The notes under the pieces: model-generated
Database searches by the model: none
What the model was told of the DNA's origin: nothing
The model's input: the letters and a program-made list of their open reading frames with translations, nothing else
Shown here: positions 28,151 to 42,581 of the stretch, one piece after another
Layout of the letters: each line of letters begins with the position of its first letter
Position numbering within the stretch: position 1 is the first letter of the stretch
NCBI GenBank assembly: GCA_951406725.2
Contig: OX597823.1
Location: forward strand, 71,796,001 to 71,860,000
DNA from: Octopus vulgaris
Lineage: Eukaryota
DNA: 64,000 bases
Reading direction: 5' to 3'
Translations under genes and position numbers: made by a program

Positions 28151-29011
28151 CATCATCATCATCAATATAAAGGCAGTGAACTGGCAGAATCGTTACTTAG
28201 CGGCATTTCGTCCGTCTTTACGTTCTTGGTTCAAATGCCACCGGATCGACTTTGCCTTTCAGCCGTCCGCGGTCGATAAAATAAGTACTAGTTGAGTACC
28301 GGGGTCGCTGTAATCGACTTACCCACACCTGCAAAATTGCTGGCCTTGTGCCATTCAGTAGCATGACACAATTTTGTATAATTGACTATTTTTCATTGCA
28401 AGTATGTAACTTAGATATGGAGGGTATAATTTTACTTGAATATTTCCTAATATTGTTGTTTTGAGCTCTAATTTCAATATTAACTTAAAAATATATGTGA
28501 GATCTACTCCGATATATGTTCGGTTAAATCAATACTCGAAGTAACAAAATTATGTTCTTCCAAATATAAAATGGATTGTACGCTATAGATATTACAGCTT
28601 AATTCTTCACAGACACGGTATCAATACAAACATGTGTAGGGAAATAAAATAGTAACCAACTGCTCTCATATTTGAAAGACAAAAGTGTGAATGGTCTGTG
28701 CAGTGATGGCATGCATTTGCAGCAAAGTAACTCATTGGACTGGACACACAATGTCCAGAGATGCTTATAACAAAGAGATGAAGAGAAGATGAGTAGATGC
28801 AACGTGTATATAGGGAAAACGTGCAAGGATGCACGTACAGAATGAAGAGAACACCGCTTGTAAATCATAAGAAATGACAACAGATAGTTATACACGCGTG
28901 CATTAGATGTATATGTATATATATGAATGTATATATATATATATGTAAAGATGTATATGTATATGTATATATATATATGTATATGTATATATATATATAT
29001 GTATATATATG

Positions 29012-29043
<32 letters not shown>

Positions 29044-29203
29044 TATATATATATTCATATATACATTTATATATGTATGTATGTATATATATATATATAT
29101 TTATACATACATACATATATACATACATATATACATATATATATATATACATATATATGTATGTATATACATATGTGTGTATGTGTATACATATGTATGT
29201 ATG

Positions 29204-29260
<57 letters not shown>

Positions 29261-29655
29261 TGTATGTATATGAGTGTGTGTATACATACACTAGTATGTA
29301 CGAATATACAATGTAATTAGAATGAACTGAAAATGAATCACATCATACATATTAGAATAAATTACATTTATTTTAATTTTACTCTGAGAATAATTATGGT
29401 TTCTAAAATATCCGTATGCCAAAACACAAATATATTCGCTTTCTCAGCATCACGACCTGATAGAAATAAGCTCAACATAGTTTCGTTTGTGCATTCGTAT
29501 CTGATCAAATGCATAACGTGAGAGGCAAAATCCGAAATACTGTAAGTTTCCAACACAAAGTTCTTAGGAGTAAAATTCTTTAATTCTTTATATTTTCGGA
29601 CAACTGATTAATTCACAGTTATTGAAATATGCATGTAGTTATTCGTCGTCAAATA

Positions 29656-30199
29656 CAGGTTTATTCAAAAAGAATGAACCGATTTCATTACGCAATATTT
29701 TAATAAATAAAAGCAATAGAAAACTCCAACTAAGTCACAAGTATTTACTCTCAGTTAACTTTTATTATATCCTGTATAACAAGTGTTCAATGTGGCCACC
29801 ACCTGCAGCACGGGCAACATCAATGCGATAAGAGAATTTCTACCGGACCCGTATCAGTAGATCATGACAGGTTTCCCAAAACTTCACCGTGTGTGGTTCT
29901 TTCTTCTGGGTATATGTAAAAGATCGCTTTTATGTTCCACTAACCTCGATGACCTTAAACATCGAATAACAACAGCGGTCAACTCAGTGGATCGTGATAT
30001 GCTGATACGCGTCTGGGAGGAATTCTCTTATCGCATTGATGTTGACGTGCTGCAGGTGGTGGCCACATTGAACGCTTGTAAGACAGGAAATAAAAGTTGA
30101 TTGTGAGTAAATACTTGTGACTTAGCTGGAGTTTTCTATTGCTTTTCCTCATTAAAATACTGCGTAATGAAATCAGTTCGTTCTTTTTGAATAATCCTG
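29656..30199. mobile_element. Tc1/mariner-derived fold-back MITE, about 210-bp inverted arms, TA TSD
   Basis: TA|CAGGTTTATTCAAAAAGAA...TTCTTTTTGAATAATCCTG|TA. Centre and right arm encode a transposase C-terminus (FFWVYVKDR..TNLDDLKHRITTAVNSVDRDMLIRVWEEFSYRID..AAGGGHIE). Confidence 0.9.
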
Positions 30200-30463
30200 T
30201 ACATCGAAAATATATTACAACGTTGTCTAATAATAGTTTGCAAAATATATCTCCAATTTCGGGACTAAACATTTGTATCCGAAATGGACTATTTCGGATA
30301 CAGAAAATTCTAGTCCTAAGTAATTTTTGTTGGTAACTTACATTTTGAATGTTTTACTATACCATGTGTGTAATATGTATGGCCTCATTTATTTTCAGCT
30401 CATTCCGTTTACAACAAATAAATATACGTACACACGTATGCATATATGCATTTAAGTCTATCT

Positions 30464-30525
<62 letters not shown>

Positions 30526-30526
30526 A

Positions 30527-30582
<56 letters not shown>

Positions 30583-32867
30583 AAGAGAAAGGTAATTATA
30601 TACATACACATCTAAGTAGCTTGTATGTTTATGTGTGTGTATGTGTGTGTTTGGGGTGTAATACATGATAATGTGAGTCTGGTGTGACAACGACGAACTA
30701 GCTACACAGTGAAATAATCTAAAAGACCAACCTCTATAAACAAGCGACTAGCCAATGAAATCAGAATTGTTGCTGGAACATATATAGTAGAATCTGGGGT
30801 GGAACCCACCAAACAACCGGTCAGCCGACAAGGTGAGAGAATTCCCTTTTCAGCCGGCGGGGTGTTTGGCTGGAGCTACCCTTACTTCACAGGCAGGGCA
30901 GATTGGTTTACTCGCTGGATACATCTTGGCGTAGCAGAAAGAAGGGGAGGAGAAACAGCAATGGCAGATGCGGTTCGTATTTTCTTTCATCTTTTCTATA
31001 TACAAACAAAAGAGGCACCGTGGCTGCACTTGCCAAACAAGTCTTTGAACAAACTTTTTTTTTTGTTTTGTTAATAATAACAGCAACAACTACGACAACA
31101 ACGACAATATGAAAATCAATGAGAAATAATGAACATTTATCAGGGAAGTGAAATGAAAGTACGAACGGAAGTTTACGAGCATCCTGACTTGTGTGAGTAT
31201 AGACACGCATACATACATATATACATACATACAATATTAAAGAATAAATCATACTAGAACATATGTGAAGGAAATATTAAAGATGGCAAATGTCAAGTAT
31301 TGAGACCCAAAACTGAGTTTAGGTAAACTATATATGTGTGTTCGAGGACGTGTGTGTGTATGTAAGTGTCTTTACAACAGGAATATTCGTGCAGACGATA
31401 GAATACATGCTCAGATTGTAACGATATATTTTGAATATTGATACACATACACATGCTCTCATTGGTAAACAGTTATCTCTTTCAATATTTATTGTGACTC
31501 ATGAGAAACAAAAGACCCTTCAACTTTTTGTAAGAAGTAAAAAATAACAAAATATATCAAAAGTTTTCACGATAAAACGGAAGGGAGGATAACAGGAGAT
31601 ATATAAAACAAAAATATTATTATTGATTAAAGAAAGTGTAAATTTTGTTCTTGTAAAAACATTAATTTTGATCTTATACTGATTCCTGTTCAATGAATAG
31701 TTTTCACTTTGCTGATTCTACAGAAAATCAGTGAAAAAAATCTTTTTACGATCTTTCGACACTGTTGTTCAAACTACTGGATTAAATATATTAATTTCTC
31801 TAGGATGTGGTGACACGAATTTTAATCTTTTAGTTTTATATGATTAAAAAGTTTATAGTAAATAATTTAAAACAGATGAAATAGAAAAAAAAACAAAAAA
31901 AAACATATAAGCAATTCCCTTCAAGTTTTGAAAATGACGTTTAAATATATCAAGTGATTTTTCGTGTATCTACAGGCCAGCTGATGAATATGTTTATTGT
32001 TTAGAATATGTTGATATAAATATATTTCAATTGGCTTTTATCTTTATCAAACTACGGCGAAACACCAAATGTTTTAACGTACATAAGTTATACCACGCGG
32101 ATTTTAATTCGGCATAACATTGCTTAAATCGCACAGTATTGTTGATATCACATAATATATTAAATCACACACTATATCTAGCAATGAGTTATACATATTT
32201 CTACTGTAAGATAGATATAATTATAATTGTTGTTTAAAATCAGTAAGCAGCATTAAATTAGTGATAAACACTCGGAGAATATTTTCTGATACTGTAAAAA
32301 AAAAAAAGGATATTTAAAACAATAACAGCGAATCTTTATTTCTAAAAATAAAAGAAGTTTCTAATTACAAGGAAGATTTTTAAGAGACAAAAAAGATATA
32401 TAATTCTGTCTTATTTTCTATCAATATTTTGATTATTAAAACAAGAATGTCTGGGAATACTATCTGTCATATAGATTAAGAGAAATTTGTCCCTCTACTC
32501 TTTAAGTTTCTAAATTAAGCCCGGTATTTATGGGGTTTCTTCGTAAAAATTATTATTATTATCATTATTATTAAGGCGGCGAGCTGGGCCAAATGCTTAG
32601 CAGCATTTCGTCTGTCCTTAACTTCTGATTAAAAATTCCGCCGAAGTCTGTAGGCACAGAATAAAGAGTGAAATCGGGTTAAGATGGAGTAAAGCTTTTC
32701 ATTTGATTATTGTTGTCGCGATTTGTTATCTCTATTACTTGGTAATCTTCTTTTTATTGATGCTTCAATGACTTAAGAAACATTTCATAAGTCAGTTCGT
32801 AAAAATATATTTTTGCATAAAAACACAAATACATACACACACACACACACACACACATATGTATATG

Positions 32868-32915
<48 letters not shown>

Positions 32916-32991
32916 CAAAACTATACACATTCGCGCGCGCTCACACACAATGCGCAACATTTTGCTTGAAAACAAAATATAGTAAATTGAA

Positions 32992-33058
<67 letters not shown>

Positions 33059-33348
33059 TCTCTATCTATCTATTTATTTATTTCTCTCTTTCTCTTTATA
33101 TATATATATATATTTCAAAAACTGTATAAAGTAATTCTCATAGACTTACAAATATGTGTGTGTGTGTATACAGTATATACATACATATGTATTTACATTA
33201 TATTTATATTTTTCACGCTTGGTATACTTAAGTGATATTGCAGATACTTGTATATTTGTAAGACCAGAATATACGCCCAGAGGCATAATATGCATTGCAC
33301 TATAATGTTAAGAGATTAGCATACAGATATATTAATGACATATTTTAC

Positions 33349-33475
33349 CGTTGCAAACTTTTCAATATCTTCATCGGAGGTCCCTATTGAAGCCAAACCA
33401 AGTTCTTGGGAAAACTCAGCGAATTCAGGATCTGCCAGCATTGGGACATGTCCTAGCAGTTCATGCACACAATCA
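33349..33475 (-). CDS. TH: TH-like exon (127 nt): [42 protein letters not shown]
   Basis: ttccag|T GAT TGT GTG CAT GAA...TTT GCA ACG|gtaaaa. Contains both Fe-ligand histidines (HELLGH) and FSQExGLAS. Confidence 0.97.
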
Positions 33476-33854
33476 CTGGAAGATAAATATTTGAAAAAAC
33501 AAAAAAACAATCAAGATGAACTTGAAAGCAAGTTGAAGTGGATAATACAATCTAAAGTAAAAGACCAGAAAAGGAAGTAAATGCGGAAGTATGAGAACAG
33601 AAAAATTAGTTTCACCGCAGAAAGACAAACAATCATTTGCAATATTTATGAGTTTTCTACTTATAATGGAACTTTAATATACATACATACTTACGTACGT
33701 GCGTTGATATAAATACATACATACATACATACATACATACATACACACTTACGTACGTAGGTAAGCGTATATGTATATATGTACGTATTTATGTATGTAT
33801 GTATGTATGTATGTGCATATATAATTATATATACCTCTGGATATCCTTGTTGCC

Positions 33855-33908
<54 letters not shown>

Positions 33909-33912
<4 letters not shown>

Positions 33913-34110
33913 AAATAAGCAACAAGGATATCCAGAGGTAATGCAGTACAATCGTTTCATGCGACTTCATTTAATTGAACAATACAAATATCACATCAAT
34001 TTAAAATGTAGAGCATCAATCTATGTAATATTTGCATTGTTCAATTAAATGGAGTCGCATGAAACGATCGTACTGCATTACCTCTGGATATCCTTCTTGC
34101 TTATTTTGAT
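33909..34110. repeat. 88-bp inverted repeat (5 mismatches, 26-nt loop) in a TH intron
   Basis: 33909-33996 matches the reverse complement of 34023-34110. A third partial arm lies at 33832-33860. Confidence 0.95.
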
Positions 34111-34946
34111 TATAATCACCCCATTTTGAATTATATGGATAATACCATACTAAATTCTGATGCCTTTAACATAAGTACCATATTCAACTGAATCTAAATT
34201 TTACTGAAATATATATATACACGCACTATCCACATTTCATAACAGAGTAACCATTGGCGATCGTAAGTTGCAGCATTGGACATTCTGCATATAGTTTCAT
34301 CTACTGGTAGTATTTAGTTCAACTCCTAGTGAGGACCTACTTCAGCACTCGGCTTTAATCCATAAACTCCGAAATGTCATCGTCCACACGCGAGCTCTAG
34401 CACGCGCGCACACATACCTTGCAGCCGCATGCACGCTCTGACACACGCAATAATATAAGTGATACATACATTCATACATAAAATATACACATTTAGAAAG
34501 AGGGATAGAATGTGGGGGAAATAGGAGTGAAAGGCGGCGAGCTGGCAGAAACATTAGGCGAAATACTTAGCAGTATTTCGTCTGCCGTTACGTTCTGAGT
34601 TCAAATTCCGCCGAGGACGACTTTGCCTTTCATCCTTTCGGGGGTGGATAAATTAAGTACCAGTTACGCACTGGGGTCGATGTAATCGACTTAATACCTA
34701 TGTCTGTCCTTGTTTGTCCCCTCTTAGGAAATAAGGAATGAAAGAGTAATATAGATAGGTAAGTAGATATATGAACAAATAGCGTATGAAAATTGATATT
34801 AAATATATGCATGCAGAAACATCGTTTAGATAATGTGTATATTCATGTGAATATACACATCGAGAAAAGGATCTTTTAAAATTTTGTCTCTATATTATAT
34901 TTCTCTCTCATTTAAATCAAACACATAATAGGACGATTATACTTAC

Positions 34947-35082
34947 GGTTCTGGTGTGTGGTCCGGTTTGGAGCCATGGCGTATGTACTGAGTACATTGG
35001 AAAACACGAAATGCTAAGCTGGACAAGAAGTCACGTGCTGATAACAGTCCAGCTACCGGGCGCAGTTGGAAACCTGTTTGTT
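34947..35082 (-). CDS. TH: TH-like exon (136 nt): [44 protein letters not shown](P)
   Basis: ttatag|AA CAA ACA GGT TTC...CCA GAA CC|gtaagt. Near-identical to the TH pterin-binding segment. Has TH-type Gln (FQCTQY) and His (HTPEP) where PAH/TPH have His and Tyr. Confidence 0.97.
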
Positions 35083-35842
35083 CTATAAAGTATATAAAAG
35101 ACGAAATATCTAATTTCACATATGCATACATGCAGAGTGCATAAAATTATAGGCTTCTCAGGGACTTTTCGCATGGAATGAATCGTCGAAAGTTATTATT
35201 TCTAGGAAAATGTATGTGTTTAAGTGATGTTCATCATGGTTTACGCTTAGACAAAGGTTAACTTACATATTTGTGGATGGATACTACGTTCGCTACTTAA
35301 CCAATCAAATGTGGATATGGTATACCAGGATTTTGCTGCAAAGTTTGTGACTTTTGCACTGGTATAGTGCGAAACCTAGACAGTGTGGGTTTGTTATTTC
35401 GTAAATTACAGATGTCAAGTTGTTGCAACTAACGGTATTCTCTCTGAAGTTTCAGGTATCCTCAGAGTAAGCTAGAAAAACAAGTAACTTCTCAGTTCAA
35501 TATTGTTTGGTGTAAATTTTTAAAAACAGTATAATGGCCGGAATATAAGATAGTAAAAGCCTTCGGTAGAATAGCGAAGATGTGTTCAGATATAGGCGCA
35601 GGAGTGGCTGTGCGGTAAGTAGCTTGCTTACCAATCACATGGTTCCGGATTCAGTCCCACTGCGTTGCACCTTGGGCAAGTGTCTTCTACTATAGCCTCG
35701 GACCGACCAAAGCCTTGTGAGTGGATTTGGTAGACGGAAACTGAAAGAAACCCGTCGTATATATATATATATAGGAAATTTGTTAAAGCAAGAAAATTTA
35801 AGTCTCTGTTAAAGATACTGCTGTTGTTGTTCTGTGTGTGTC

Positions 35843-35885
<43 letters not shown>

Positions 35886-35992
35886 GGAGGGAAACAGGGA
35901 GAGAGAAAAGAGAGAGAGAGAGAGAGAGAACGAGAGAGAGGGAAAGAAAGAGAGAGAGAGAGAGAGAGTAATTTAGCAGGTAGATAACTTAC

Positions 35993-36138
35993 GTTTCAGG
36001 AAATTGGAAACATCTTCAAGCTGTGGTATAAAGTTTTCACTGTAGATTCCTTTCTTTTCCAGTAAATCAAAGAAATGGCGGTGCTTTGAGCAGGCGTGAG
36101 TCGGAAACAGATTTTTTATGTTCACATAAACATGTTTC
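35993..36138 (-). CDS. TH: TH-like exon (146 nt): KHVYVNIKNLFPTHACSKHRHFFDLLEKKGIYSENFIPQLEDVSNFLK
   Basis: tttgcag|G AAA CAT GTT...TTC CTG AAA C|gtaagt. Contains the THAC and IPQLEDVS motifs. Completes the split Trp codon from the previous exon. Confidence 0.96.
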
Positions 36139-36167
36139 CTGCAAAGAGCAAATGTTGAAACATGTTT

Positions 36168-36218
<51 letters not shown>

Positions 36219-36478
36219 CAGAATGAGATAAAAATCCAAGGCTGTGAAAGATTTTAGAACATTTATAAATAGGTCTTACAGCTGTTTCTGGGATATTATA
36301 TATATCCCGGAAACAGGGATATATCATCGGAGACGGTGTGAGAAAATGGTTAAGCAATAGTTAATTTAGATAAGATATGAAATAGAGAGTGAAGAGGAGC
36401 TTAACTATAGTCTGTCCATAGCACTTACTCAGCATTACCTGACACCCTTGGGTCTTATTGACACCATTACCTCTCATA

Positions 36479-36522
<44 letters not shown>

Positions 36523-37122
36523 ACATATATATATATATATAGCTGTCAATTCGATTTCTCGATATGGAGTGTGAATACATTTTGCACTCTCTCATTCCTA
36601 TTAAGCTGCCAAGTTCCCTGTCATGGCTCCTCACAAAGGGAAAAGCATACAAGAATATAGCATGACCAAACCTTCATCTCCCATATACTAACAGTTTTTC
36701 GATAGAGAGGGCAAGCAAGGAATCACGCCCTCATGAACACTTATTATTAGAAAACTATGGAAATGGTGGTATTTCATTGTCAGGAAGTTACGTGATATCA
36801 CGATTGCCGCAACGAAACATACATAGTCTCTATGTTTTCCGAAGACCTAGATTTGCTCAGGAGAGCATGAAAATGCGATATGGATCTCAAAATTAACTGC
36901 ACACCCGATTTTTGTCTTAAAAACACTTTATATCATAAGTGCCACGTTCTAAATGCTTGGAGTTTCAAATGTCGTAAGTAAATAAATTAAAAAAAAAGGC
37001 AAGTTGAGAGTGTTTCAAATACTTCAAATTTCGACTAATTGCCTGAGTGCGCAGTCCCTTTATGGGGACTATTTACAAGAGCATTTAGCTCAGCTGTTAA
37101 TGCTTCTCTATGCTAGTTACTG

Positions 37123-37381
37123 GTGGAGGCGCGTGGCTTAGTGGCTAGGGTGTCAGCATCATGATCGTAAGATTGTGTTTTCGATTTCTGGACCGGGCGA
37201 TGCGGTGTATTCTTGAGCAAAAAAATTCATTTTACGTTGCTCCAGTCCACTCAGCTGGCAAAAATGAGTGACACTGCGATGAACTGGCGTCCCGTCCAGC
37301 TGGGGAATACATACGCCATTGAAACAAGGAAAACGGGCCCATGAGCCTGGCTAGGTTTTAAAAGGGCGCAATTATTATTAT
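37123..37381 (+). mobile_element. tRNA-derived SINE family C (V-domain-like) with 14-bp TSD
   Basis: GGAGGCGCGTGGCTTAGTGG head, TGCGATGAACTGGCGTCCCGTCCAG core, (TTA)n tail. TSD TATGCTAGTTACTG at 37109-22 and 37382-95. Other copies 53273-53534(+; TSD TAACTATATTGCT) and 47774-48022(-). Confidence 0.85.
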
Positions 37382-37960
37382 TATGCTAGTTACTGTATGT
37401 TTTAAATAATCTATCACGGTGATTCTCATAAGTTTTTAACTATCGCTTCTTTTTGTTTTAGGAACAAATTTTCACAACTTCCTACATTTCAATGCCCCAA
37501 CCCTATTTCTAATCTACGTTCTATCACGTACATATTCTTATACGGTTCTAGATCTAAAATAATGGCAGAAGCTTGAGCGTGCACCGCCACCACATAGGCA
37601 TACATTATATTCATACACACACACACGTATCACAAATAATCTTATATATATACTTCTACTCACATTAGGGGCACTCTGTCGGTTACGACGACGAGGGTTC
37701 CATCTGATACGATCAATGGAACAGCTTGCTCGTGAAATTAAAATGCAAGTGGCTGAGCAATCCACAGACACGTGTACCCCTAACGCATTTCTCAGGGAGA
37801 TTCAGCGTGACAAGGCCGGCCCTTTGAAATACAGGCACCACTCATTTTTGCCAGCTGAGTGGATTGGAGCAACGTGAAATAAAGTGTCTTGCTCAAGGAC
37901 ACAACGTGTCGCCGGGAATTGAACTCACGACCTTACAATCGTGAGCCGAATGCCCTAACC

Positions 37961-38194
37961 TATTTCTTTACTGCCTACGAGGGGCCAAACACAGAGGGGA
38001 CAAACAAGGACAGACAAACGGATTGAGTCGATTATATCGATCCCAGTGCGTAACTGGTACTTATTTAATCGACCACGAAAGGATGAAAGGCAAAGTCGAC
38101 CTCGGCGGAATTTGAACTCAGAACGTAGCGGCAGACGAAATACCGCAAGGCATTTCGCTCGGTGTGCTAACGATTCTGCCAGCTCGCCGCCTTT
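37961..38194 (-). mobile_element. SINE family A nested inside another SINE, 14-bp TSD
   Basis: TSD CGAATGCCCTAACC at 37947-37960 and 38195-38208 splits the tRNA head of the host SINE (37670-38228). Confidence 0.9.
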
Positions 38195-38677
38195 CGAATG
38201 CCCTAACCACTAAGCCACGCGCCTTCACATTAACAGCATGTATAAATGTAACACGTGATTTATAACATTGATCATCGAAACTAGTATATTTCTACTACCT
38301 TAACTGTTTCCTTTGTCGATATTTATCTCTATATTGTTGTCTGATGTTCTTAAAGAGAGTTGAATCAAATGAAAACCCCTTCCTGAATTTGTACTGCGGG
38401 ATCGAAGAAGTCGATATTGTTATCCTATTTTTCCTTTTTAGATCTTGTCAGCTTATATCGTCGGTGTTGTTTATGGTTTAACCGCTAATTTTCTTGACGT
38501 TGACTATTTAAAAAATACAACGGCGTAGCTTTCGCATAATGTCTACGACAGCTCTAAGTTGTCATGAAATACGAGAAGTGAACATGCGAAATCTTAATGT
38601 TATGATGTTACTACAAATATACTTTCCCAGTTCTTAAAACCATACAAATGTTCATGCGCTTATTAAGCCTAGTAGCT

Positions 38678-39195
<518 letters not shown>

Positions 39196-39778
39196 CTCTG
39201 TGTGTGTGTATGTGCGTGCATGTAAGTTCGTATATACATGCGAGTGTGTGTGCGCGCGTGTTTGTACCTGACACGAAAATATGCTAATTTGGAAACCTTG
39301 TGATGAAGTTCTGAAAGAGAACGAACAATTTTGGTTGTCGCAGACTGATTAGCTCAGTATTTTATCTATTGTGCTAAAATAAAAGACTAATAGGGACGAT
39401 AAATAACTCAGGTGTATAGGTAATTTACAATAATGGCCAGCGCGATTGATATTGAGATTTTGTATCAACATTCATAACAACTTAATAATAGAAACGAAAA
39501 CAAACACAGTGGATATGTAAGCCTATTACTGTCATAAAATACACCCTTGCTTACTATTGTTGCTGAGAGAAGGAACATTTATCATCGTTACAGAGAGCAG
39601 CAGTCAGAAGTAATAATATCAACTGATATCAGGTATATTGGCGAGGATTATGCGCGAACTCGTAGCAAATGAATAACAGCAGGAATAACAGCAGCAACAA
39701 CAACAACAACAGCAAGAGCAACAATCACAACAACAACAACAACCGGAATAAAAGTAGAAAATGAAAACTAAACGTGGG

Positions 39779-39834
<56 letters not shown>

Positions 39835-39920
39835 TACATACATATATATATATATGTATAGCTGCAGCTCTAAGCTGAAACTAGAGAGAAAAATATATAT
39901 ATATACATATATATATATAC

Positions 39921-39955
<35 letters not shown>

Positions 39956-40460
39956 CATACAAATACACACACACACTCACACACACACACACATATATAT
40001 ATCTGTATGTATGTATAAACGATTGAACGTAACTAAAAATAATGAGGCAGTCCATTGTTCGCAGCCGAAAGAATTTCAAAAGCATGTTTTATACGTTGTG
40101 CCGGATCGAAGGCTTTTCTTAACTCGATCTTAAGTTTGTGCCCGATTTATTCAGAGGTTATAAATCAAAATCTCATAAATAACAATGTCTGTCAACCATT
40201 TAAAGCAAGTGACGGATAAGCAGCGATTATCACAATACACGAACTTCTTAGTTGCCATCTTTAAAAGTCTATTTCAGTTCATTAGAAAAATTACATACGC
40301 AGTCTAATTGTAAGATTAAAGTATCTAAACTTAAGCTTTTAGACACATACATGCACACATTCACACACAAACATACATATTACATATATATGTATATATA
40401 AGTACATGTAGATATACATATGTATATATAGATATGCGTTTACATATCCACATGTACATG

Positions 40461-40523
<63 letters not shown>

Positions 40524-40871
40524 GTCTGTCTGTCTGTCTATCTATCATCTATCTATCTATCTATCTATCGATCTAACTATCTATCTATCTAACTATCTAT
40601 CTATCTTTATATATATATATATATATATACATATTTGTGTATATATGTATCTATAGCTATTTATCTATCTACGTGTATATAAGTATATATATATATAAAA
40701 TGAATAAAAGAATGGAGTCGAACGAAGATTTAAATAATACACAAATTACCACAGAAGAACACGGGGTTTCTACCCTTCGTATGTAGCTTTAACCGTGTTT
40801 TCTGACGTGAATTTGGTACCCAGGTATCGATTAACCGAATTATCAATACTAGGATAATTCATTCACATACT

Positions 40872-40912
<41 letters not shown>

Positions 40913-40921
40913 ATATATATG

Positions 40922-40998
<77 letters not shown>

Positions 40999-41845
40999 CT
41001 TTACTACCCACAAGGGGCTAAACACAGAGGGGACAAACAAGGACAGACAAAGGGATTAAGTCGACTACATCGACCCCAGTGCGTAACTGGTACTTAATTA
41101 TCGACCCCGAAAGGATGAAAGGCAAAGTCGACCTCGGCGGAATTTGAACTCGGAACGTAACGACAGACGAAATACGGCTACGAATTTCGCCCGGCGTGCT
41201 AACGTTTCTACCAGCTCGCCGCCTTATCATATATATACATATGTGCGTGTGTGTGTGTATACGTGAGTGTATGTGTGTGTGTGTGTGTGAGTGTGCCTGT
41301 CTGTGTGCGTACGTGTGTACACTGAAGGATGCCTGCATACGCACATGTCTTCCACTGTAATATACAAATGGTCAATAAAATAACCGAGATAACGTTTGTG
41401 CTCAAATGCGAAAGAGCTGACGTAGGGATATTTCATTCTATGAATTATATATGTGGCTATGTACATACACGCACAATGCAAAGAAAAACAGACAAAAAGC
41501 TGCAGACAGAAGAAAGACACACATCTATATAAATAGGCAGTTAGACACACACGCGCATTGCACACACACTTATACGTGTCTCTAACAATATGCATGCGTA
41601 TATGTCTATTAGTGTGGGCATGTGAGGGTATTTGTCAATTATAATAGTTATTATGGAACTATTCACCGTTATGCGTGTGTAATTAATGTATTTGCAAGTC
41701 AGATACGTAAGAAAAGAAGTTACCGAGAAATCAAAGTAAAACTTCCGTATTTGCATTAGTTTTTATGAGAGTCTTTGTGAATGAAAGAAACCACTTATAA
41801 GGACAGAGGCAGATAGATACGGATGGGAAACTTGTACGAACTGTC

Positions 41846-41891
<46 letters not shown>

Positions 41892-41928
41892 TATATTTAT
41901 ACATACACACGCATATAAATATATATAT

Positions 41929-41971
<43 letters not shown>

Positions 41972-42012
41972 TATATTTATACATATACACACATATATCT
42001 ACTTATATATAG

Positions 42013-42047
<35 letters not shown>

Positions 42048-42061
42048 TACATATATATATA

Positions 42062-42263
42062 AAGTTAATCCAAACAAGAAAACACAAAAAAAAAACACAG
42101 CAACGCGAGGACGTGGAACAAATAAAGTATTATTGGACGCTCAGGAAAGAAGGGAAGAAGGAGGGTTTAACGTTTCGGGCGGAGCTCTCCGTCGGAAACA
42201 TAGGAGAAGGAAAGATCCCGAGAAGGGAAGACAAAGGAAAAAAAATCGCTGGCGGTACTCACG
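42062..42263 (-). mobile_element. Penelope-like pLTR fragment with decayed minimal hammerhead
   Basis: Reverse complement of 42166-42198 is TTT-CCGACGG-A-GAGC-TCC-GCCC-GAAAC-GTT-AAA, the same layout as 55542-55577. Adjoins a (TA)-rich microsatellite. Confidence 0.5.
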
Positions 42264-42517
42264 ATACACACACGAACACAAACACATACATAAACACATA
42301 TACATACACACACACACTCATATATATACGATGGGCTTTTTTCAGTTTGCGTCTATCAAATCCACTGGTACGGTTTTGCTTGGCCCAGGGTTATAGTAGA
42401 AGACACTCACACAAAGTGCCACACAGCGGGACTGAACCCTGAACCATGTGGTCGGGAAGGAAGCTTCTTACTACACAGCCAATATATGTATGTGTATTCT
42501 TTCTCAAACACAGACAC

Positions 42518-42581
<64 letters not shown>

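Noticed and set aside
28599-28895. ORF containing LHRPFT as the TH terminal exon
   Set aside because: There is no following YDPYT-like motif or helix, so the match is chance.
33349-36138. PAH or TPH assignment
   Set aside because: [19 protein letters not shown] and the 51+146 exon split fit TH better.
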